Source: Promethearchaeota archaeon
GTDB lineage: Archaea; Asgardarchaeota; Lokiarchaeia; Sigyniarchaeales; SOKP01
DNA length: 64,000 bases
Direction: 5' to 3'
Assembly (NCBI GenBank): GCA_030599585.1
Contig: JAUVNS010000006.1
Location: 192,001 to 256,000 of the forward strand
The translations under genes were made by a program, and so were the position numbers. Below the pieces are notes generated by a model. That model had not been told where the DNA came from and searched no databases. It saw only the letters and a list, made by a program, of their open reading frames with translations. Numbering within the stretch: position 1 is the first letter of the stretch; the number at the start of each line of letters is the position of its first letter. Of the stretch, positions 58,501 to 64,000 are shown piece after piece.

Positions 58501-61291
58501 TGCTCAAGAAGTTGGTGGTGGTTTATACGATTTAACACTAAATACTACTTATATAGACGCCTCTCAAAAAAGTGGTAGCGTCTATCTAGATAACGAAACG
58601 CTTGAAATAAGGTGTACTTCCAGCGGATACAACATATATCGAGAAAATGTTACGTTCTTTGTTGACAAGATTCCCACCCAAATTTCGCTTCAAAACCCTG
58701 GAGATGTTTTTGCAGGGAGTAGTATAAGTGCTGTGGCAAGCATGCAAAACAACATTGATCCTATAAATCCTAAACCAAATACTTACGGAAATTTAGAATG
58801 TTACATAGTTCAAGGAATTACGGTGAAACTTAACGGTTCGTTAACGCATTTGCTTAGCGGTGTGTATCAAAATGGTTTCTCACTAGCGGGCCTCTCACCT
58901 GGTGAATACAGCTTATATGTAAATGGTACAGCTATCAACTGTTTGAATTCTCAAAGCAATATTGTAAACTTCACAATAATATCCCAAACATCAACCGACT
59001 TAGCAATTTCGGTTCCAACTTCAATACGAATTTTACAACCGTTTCAGATAAGGACGACATTAAGCTACACTATAAATGGAACTACAATTCCGGATCAAAT
59101 TGTAAAACTCAACATTTCAATTAATGATGATGAAGGTTTTATCGTTTCTACCGTTACAAATTCCGAGGGTGTTAGTATATATGAATACATTATTTCCGCG
59201 CAATATGAAACACAAAACTTAACGATTGTAGCAATATATGAAGGTTTAGTAGAAATAGCTGGATCATCAAGCAATATAACAAAAGTTATTCAGGGAAAAA
59301 TACCCATATTTCTACAAATTTTTGATTTCCCTAATGCTCTGAGAGTAGGATATTCTGCAAAATACCAATTAAGGATAAACATAACAGAGGGTGGAGAAAC
59401 TCTACAAAATAGGATAATATTGTTTTCAGCATATTACAACGACGAATTTTCGGCTCCTTTCGTAACAGATCAACTCTACACAGATGAGAATGGACAATGT
59501 GAATTTACAATAACCGAGATCTCCGATGGAAGCAATAATGTAACAGTGTTTTTCGAATACCTCGGATCAACAACAGTTTCGTACAACTTAACATCAAGGT
59601 TAGATACAATTCAACCGAAGTGGACCTCAAATTTTACAGTAGAGCCTTTACCAAGCACTATAAGGTTTGGTCAAAGTATTAGTTTTAATATGAAGTTTTA
59701 TTGTGAAAACAACTCTATTTCTCTAGAAAACCTTCCAACCGTTTTAACTTTTAATTATGCTGGTACTAACGAGATTTATATCAGATGGGTGAATGTGAAC
59801 AATTCTCTTAACTATGTATATCGTGTTGCGAACTTTTTTAGCGGAAATTTAAATTGCTCACTAGTTTTTGAAGGAACGAGTAAGATTGCAGGATTTTCAT
59901 TAAACTTTAACTTATCTATTAATCCTAAGATCATTGTAAACTTAGAATTTGTAGAACCTCCACAATCACAGTATTTATATGGCTCAGAATCGTTTGAAGT
60001 TCGAGTCACAGACGAGTTAGGCACTTTATTAGACGGGTTACTAATTAATTTTCAAGTTATCGACCAAAATAGCAACACAATTTATAACTACACATCTACT
60101 TGCGTAAATGGAATTGCAGTTGCGATTTTAGACTTATCAGTAGGCGATACTTACATCATTCAAGTCCAATATTTTGCTGAAAGTTATTATGAAGGTGATC
60201 TTTTAACATCGTCAGAAATTCGAGTTGTAAATGAATGGGTAATGTTCCTTGATATGCTTCCCACCATTTTAATAGTGGCTGGAATCGTGTTAGCATTTGG
60301 GTTTATAGTACATCGTGGCTTTATTGTTCCAAAACGAAGAAGAAGAATCAAATCGTTAAAAGATTTGTATCAAAAATTATCTGATGCCGAAAATATGCAA
60401 TACGTGTTAATTTTAACCAAGGATGGGGGTATTCCATGCTACAGTAAAAGTTTAGCTGATGTACCAATAGATGAATCTTTAATTTCGGGATTCTTAAGTG
60501 CCATCTCCACCTTTGGCAAGGAGATAGGAGCTAAAATTCAAGATGGAGAGGGAAAGGGAGGTTTGGAAGAATTATCCTATAGACAATTTAAAATTATTAT
60601 CAACGAAGGTAAGTTTGTTAACACTGCGCTCTTACTCTTAAAACGCCCAAGCGACGCTATAAAAGAAAAATTAAGAACTTTTAATGGTATATTCGAAGAT
60701 ATTTATCGGGATCGCTTAGTTAAATTTACAGGGCAAATGTTAGAAGACACACCCATCACTAAGATGATAGAAGAAGTTTTCGAAGCAGATTTATTGTATC
60801 CTCACCAAGTAGTCGAATCAAAAGTAGGAGTTTATTTGAAATCCGCAACACCTACTAAAATAGATAAAAAGGTAGTTATACTTGTTCGAGGTGAAGAATT
60901 TGAATCCAACTTTTACTTGAGGGATCTAATAAATCACCTAAAAACTAAGGGAATAGAGGAGCTAAAATCATTTGAGACGATTCAAAAACTTAAATCAGAT
61001 AAAATTGTGTTTGCCATAAACCCAAGGACTAACTACTTAATCGTGGAATTTCAGAAATATATTAAACACATGGACGCTGACGATAAAAGTGTGTTGTATG
61101 CTATCTTTGATGGCCAAAATGACTGGATGAAAATTACCAAATATTTGAATAAGAGAAACATAGAAATATCAAAACCCGTAGATGATATTCTTGGAAAGTT
61201 AAAAAAACTACATTTAATCGACGATCTTAATCAAATCAGCGAAACTGGGAGCGCGATAGCAACCATTTTGAAACTGATTCCAGACCTTTAA
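55502..61291 (+). CDS. Giant single-pass surface protein: beta-rich/Ig-like ectodomain, TM, cytoplasmic longin domain and winged-helix-like C-terminus
   Basis: N-terminal signal/TM; Big-like repeats (TNSEGVS, TDENGQC, AIYEG, EYLG); TM ILIVAGIVLAFGFIV + RRRR (~60260); longin pattern YVLILTKDGGIPCYS...LISGFLSAISTFGKEI...LSYRQFKIII.EG. Confidence 0.8.
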   Translation: MVRNKKKNYYIKQLSILFVVLIVIGNISSFQSNIIVLDDINQEPFNKPTEDILDKQISDVPDDVGGYKVDGASSFTTIQNASSIISDRDYFANETYFNITTPVAWNTTSKQFDIESYSKEQFIKDPYFDQKYNGSGDYWAPEEVQSGQGIFTQIPLDINPYAKTNIFNLKKRLNPAFESGDYAFWTRELDGLNPENIDIQRGRIYQQKDETIEDYNNFQANPGFYKDTNAPYGGVYDPLYDFIDLFYDESQTSLKIIIDPHVSSLGGNPSAAWWYFGVIPYAVDYAQITISWNIEGASTFEAEDEYEIRARINNKYINGVDYISKSGDVPFNGSKDALMVYNNTHFAGHISHSTITRTYNITDLVDGLVGVNKFDFGAWAKNPSQGGDNDLIIVNFESVELMFNTSTKYEVARLNYRYKLIDNDELGVNIFKLSNNASFFLYLKDRDTDQSELIRVLPFSMAQISSSDFSKTPWIDMEFSISQKYQEFLKADNLEFKIGVYFEEDFNMRIDYDHYIDDVFFSINYKQAVDRVGLKIKIDGSPPWYNVTSDTYTVDTSSWISGDTHSFQFTTFNISYLNRLFLNLKSFLDVTYTSNSSNLAQASYAIEGGNANKGVWNVTYDNTYSFFKLIEAHSTNLFNLSRYSLSYIDLPAFDSKGSNSENWDVFSALTPNLYNYTRNLYRFNYTGSNTDQSATIENAFAVGNWSIQAYQANYISTCSFNNTVSYLTDPAFYKDDTIRFNFTLLETTMGNYSYELYNSTGDLMSNFPKFNSSNYKNVIGLLNLAEKFSVGSYYLRFKWNDSASFAGSALRYGSIILSFYIFNKTKAQFTHLVSEVSSGETAEFALNYTTYLDWGIEDATILVYENSSGSLKFWGVDWTGSYQVGVITHLGNGNYSIPLFTVGAPNGTYQLFFLCLKSLHEGQILTSSLRVIAEYLIDFNITMGAYIDNSEWVISSDNVPYVNDTINSVIRVNLTKEADGTPLTGGLVIGTIEGSENYFTAQEVGGGLYDLTLNTTYIDASQKSGSVYLDNETLEIRCTSSGYNIYRENVTFFVDKIPTQISLQNPGDVFAGSSISAVASMQNNIDPINPKPNTYGNLECYIVQGITVKLNGSLTHLLSGVYQNGFSLAGLSPGEYSLYVNGTAINCLNSQSNIVNFTIISQTSTDLAISVPTSIRILQPFQIRTTLSYTINGTTIPDQIVKLNISINDDEGFIVSTVTNSEGVSIYEYIISAQYETQNLTIVAIYEGLVEIAGSSSNITKVIQGKIPIFLQIFDFPNALRVGYSAKYQLRINITEGGETLQNRIILFSAYYNDEFSAPFVTDQLYTDENGQCEFTITEISDGSNNVTVFFEYLGSTTVSYNLTSRLDTIQPKWTSNFTVEPLPSTIRFGQSISFNMKFYCENNSISLENLPTVLTFNYAGTNEIYIRWVNVNNSLNYVYRVANFFSGNLNCSLVFEGTSKIAGFSLNFNLSINPKIIVNLEFVEPPQSQYLYGSESFEVRVTDELGTLLDGLLINFQVIDQNSNTIYNYTSTCVNGIAVAILDLSVGDTYIIQVQYFAESYYEGDLLTSSEIRVVNEWVMFLDMLPTILIVAGIVLAFGFIVHRGFIVPKRRRRIKSLKDLYQKLSDAENMQYVLILTKDGGIPCYSKSLADVPIDESLISGFLSAISTFGKEIGAKIQDGEGKGGLEELSYRQFKIIINEGKFVNTALLLLKRPSDAIKEKLRTFNGIFEDIYRDRLVKFTGQMLEDTPITKMIEEVFEADLLYPHQVVESKVGVYLKSATPTKIDKKVVILVRGEEFESNFYLRDLINHLKTKGIEELKSFETIQKLKSDKIVFAINPRTNYLIVEFQKYIKHMDADDKSVLYAIFDGQNDWMKITKYLNKRNIEISKPVDDILGKLKKLHLIDDLNQISETGSAIATILKLIPDL

Positions 61292-61337
61292 ATGGTTTTT
61301 TTATTTAACATATTCTAGTTTTTTTTTTCTTTTACAT

Positions 61338-62633
61338 TTACATTAAAATTAAAGTGTAAATCATAGTATATCCTAGAATAATGACAAAATGAAGCGTTGC
61401 GAAAAGAGAACCATTTTTAAGTAAACGCCTGTAATTTAGGTTCACCACCTTATTTTTTTTTGCTAACATAAGTGTGAGAAGATCACAAGCTGAACCTTGC
61501 GGTAAGAAGTTACCCGCCATATTAACTCCCCCTATGAAGGCTATAATGATCGGATTGGGAAAAAATCCTTTTCCAACCAATGTTGCAAAAATCGGGAGGA
61601 GGATAATAGTAACAGGCGTTCCTGCAAGAAATGCTGACAAGAGAGTTGAAAGGCCTAAAGTAATAAGAACGGCCAGAAAAATGTTATCGTTTACCACGCT
61701 AACAAGCCCAGCAGATATTAATTCCGATAAGCCAAAAAGCGATAAAGAATTCGAAAGTATAAACAATACCGCAAAGACAATGATGATTTTCCATGCGATT
61801 TCGTTCTTCAAATCAGAGAAATTAGATTTTTTTGAGTGAATAAGCATCAAAATTGCTGCAGACACGATCGCGACAAGTGCGGGAGTAAATCCTAAAATCA
61901 TTAAAGCGAAAGTGGCTAGAATTACGATACTTGTTGTATAAAAATAAAATTTATTTTCTATGACAATTCCAGGGTCGAGCATAGTTAGGAGGATATTTTT
62001 ATTGTATTCCGTTGGTTTTTCCTCCTTTCTTATTATAAACCAATCCATCAAAAATATGGTGGAAATTAACGCAATCAAGTATAATATACCCATATTGGCT
62101 ATAAACTCACCAAAACCCCACCCAAATTCCTCACCAATTATCAAATTTTTTAAACTTGAAACAGGCGTGAGAATAGCGCCAATGTTTATCGTTATGGTCA
62201 TCCCCATCATATAACTCCCAGCAGGAATCTCTAAAATTCGACACGTCCTGAAGATGAGAGGGACTAATATCAACGAAAGGGTTAAATCTTCTACAAAAGC
62301 AACTATTGTTCCTGTAAAAAAGCAAATCATATAAAAAAATAATCTATTATTTCCTTTCGTAATATGAACTAATTTAATCGCAAAATAATCTAAAACACGG
62401 TTATGAGAAGCAAAATAAATTATTATTTGCATTGCGAATATGAAGATCAGAGCGTTAAAATTGATGAAACCAACGATTTCTTCCTCTGAAACGCCGCCTA
62501 ATGTAATCATTGAAACCACAGCAATGGCTCCTATGATTAGAGCAATTGGAAAATAGTCGAACTTTTGTTGAGAAAAAAACGCCATCAAAATGGCAAATAA
62601 AACCAAGATCAACAGTATCGCGGGTAAGTTCAT
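61338..62633 (-). CDS. ArsB/NhaD/SLC13 (IT superfamily) permease
   Basis: About 12 TM helices; AFVEDLT, INIGAILTPVSS.KNL, NMAGNFLPQGSAC. Confidence 0.88.
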   Translation of the reverse strand: MNLPAILLILVLFAILMAFFSQQKFDYFPIALIIGAIAVVSMITLGGVSEEEIVGFINFNALIFIFAMQIIIYFASHNRVLDYFAIKLVHITKGNNRLFFYMICFFTGTIVAFVEDLTLSLILVPLIFRTCRILEIPAGSYMMGMTITINIGAILTPVSSLKNLIIGEEFGWGFGEFIANMGILYLIALISTIFLMDWFIIRKEEKPTEYNKNILLTMLDPGIVIENKFYFYTTSIVILATFALMILGFTPALVAIVSAAILMLIHSKKSNFSDLKNEIAWKIIIVFAVLFILSNSLSLFGLSELISAGLVSVVNDNIFLAVLITLGLSTLLSAFLAGTPVTIILLPIFATLVGKGFFPNPIIIAFIGGVNMAGNFLPQGSACDLLTLMLAKKNKVVNLNYRRLLKNGSLFATLHFVIILGYTMIYTLILM

Positions 62634-62822
62634 TAAATAAAAAAGAATGGTTACTCTATAAAAAATTATCTCTTTTATCGGAGAATGGTAAAAGATTCAT
62701 ATGTTACTAATAATTTTTATGTAGTTATAATATATAAAATTTGAATGACAACAGTTAACATTAAAAATTAAACATAAAATGAGGAGTAGCGTAGAGAGAA
62801 TTAGAATTAAGCCAATGAAATC

Positions 62823-63605
62823 ATGCCAGAACTTCCAGAAGTAGAAACTTTTAAGCGGTACTTAGATAAAACATCCTTAAAGCAATTCATTACAAATATC
62901 AAAGTTACGGATAGTAGGATATTGAATACGGATGAGACTCATTTAAGAGAGACTTTAAAAAGCAAGCGATTCGAATCGTCAACTAGACACGGAAAGTATC
63001 TGCTTGTTTATCTCAAGCCTCGATATCTTGTATTGCATTTTGGCATGAGCGGAGACTTAAAATACTTTAATAAAAATGAGGCTCCCCCTAAATTCAGTAA
63101 AGTGATATTCCAATTTAATAATGGCTTTAATTTAGCCTATATCTCCATAAGAATGTTTGGAAAAGTAGCCATCGCTAATTCTATTGAGGAATTTATTGAA
63201 GATAAAAAATTAGGCCCCGATGCGTATAAAATGACTCTTGAAGAATTTGAAGACGCTGTACAGAGAAGAAGCGCTATCGCTAAAAACGCGCTACTAAATC
63301 AAAGTTTTATAGCAGGTATCGGTAATATTTATTCTGACGAAATCTTGTTCAGAACAAAGATACATCCTAAAACTAATATTAATTTTTTGAGTGAAAGTAA
63401 AATTAAGGAATTGTTTGTTAATATTAAAGAAGTCTTGGAGTATGGAATAAAAAAAAAAGGCGATTTAATTACCTATCCTAATGAGTTTTTAATTCCACAT
63501 CGCAAGAAAGAAGAAAAATGCCCGATATGCAATAGCGATATTACCCGTTTTGAAATTTCAGGACGTCATGGGTTTTTTTGTCCATCTTGTCAAATCCAAT
63601 CATGA
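62823..63605 (+). CDS. mutM: Fpg/Nei-family DNA glycosylase/AP lyase (MutM-like)
   Basis: N-terminal PELPEVE, RHGKYL, HFGMSG, LGPDA, LLNQSFIAGIGNIYSDEIL, zinc finger CPIC...R....CPSCQ. Confidence 0.9.
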   Translation: MPELPEVETFKRYLDKTSLKQFITNIKVTDSRILNTDETHLRETLKSKRFESSTRHGKYLLVYLKPRYLVLHFGMSGDLKYFNKNEAPPKFSKVIFQFNNGFNLAYISIRMFGKVAIANSIEEFIEDKKLGPDAYKMTLEEFEDAVQRRSAIAKNALLNQSFIAGIGNIYSDEILFRTKIHPKTNINFLSESKIKELFVNIKEVLEYGIKKKGDLITYPNEFLIPHRKKEEKCPICNSDITRFEISGRHGFFCPSCQIQS

Positions 63606-63830
63606 ATATTCTATTTTTTTTTCTATAACAAATGGTTAATTATTTAGAAAAACCATCAGACTAAGAACAAAGTAGTAGAGTTCATAGATTTCAAATATAT
63701 TAAGTGCTTTATAAAATAAAAGCTACTTTCTCCCTTTTTAATATTTTATAACGCTCACGATTATATTTCTATATTTTTTGGTTAATCCTAATAACTTCAA
63801 TTCAAAGTACTATAAAATTTAAGTGATTTT

Positions 63831-64000
63831 ATGAAGTCAAACGGATGGATAATTGAGCTAACTGAGTTTACAGACCCATATTGTACTTGGTGTTGGGCCT
63901 CAGAACCAATTTTAAGAAAAATTAAAGAGCTCTATGGAGATCAGGTAAAAATAACCTTTAAAATGGGAGGTTTAGTAGATGATATAAAAACATTTTCCGA
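63831..64000 (+). CDS. DsbA/FrnE-like thioredoxin-fold protein, 5' part only
   Basis: Not in the ORF track. MKSNGWIIELTEFTDPYCTWCWASEPILRKIKELYGDQVKITFKMGGLV... contains CxxC in FTDPxCxWCW. Confidence 0.85.
   Translation, partial: MKSNGWIIELTEFTDPYCTWCWASEPILRKIKELYGDQVKITFKMGGLVDDIKTFS

Noticed and set aside
63831-64000. CxxC thioredoxin-fold protein as the missing CcmG
   Set aside because: It has no signal peptide or TM, has a cytoplasmic DsbA/FrnE-like signature, and lies 46 kb from the ccm cluster.

Overview
AT-rich (~30% GC by eye), gene-dense archaeal window, most consistent with an Asgard archaeon of the Lokiarchaeia/Promethearchaeia type. Support for this (inferred from motifs, not from a search): a Rab-like GTPase, longin-domain proteins, a Loki-CTERM-like anchor, an adaptin/COP-appendage-like protein and a SAMP/E1 sulfur relay. 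I saw no rRNA, tRNA, CRISPR array or transposase. The main candidate novel system is a ~17 kb heme/electron-transfer island (1.1-17.8 kb). It has a cytochrome c maturation set (ccmF, ccmAB, ccmC, an unannotated ccmD-like ORF, ccmE), but no exported protein in the window carries CxxCH. Instead, the two exported proteins flanking ccmF each have an HxxCH motif (HDICH, HSSCH) in a shared N-terminal beta-domain. One is fused to a cytochrome-b-like membrane domain and is apparently co-transcribed with a FAD oxidoreductase and a CCG Fe-S protein; the other sits on a stalk of 14 Ig-like repeats. The CcmE ends at ...QCS-stop (no CxxxY tyrosine) and the CcmC WWD loop is altered, which suggests a co-evolved single-cysteine (or His+Cys) heme-attachment variant. 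The rest of the window holds a sulfur-relay cluster, a kinase-free 7TM / HAMP-TPR-VWA / HAMP operon, a beta-propeller + ear + platform protein with BBSome/COP-like architecture, a giant receptor-like surface protein with a cytoplasmic longin domain, a ~680 bp tandem duplication and probable ATT/ATA start codons.
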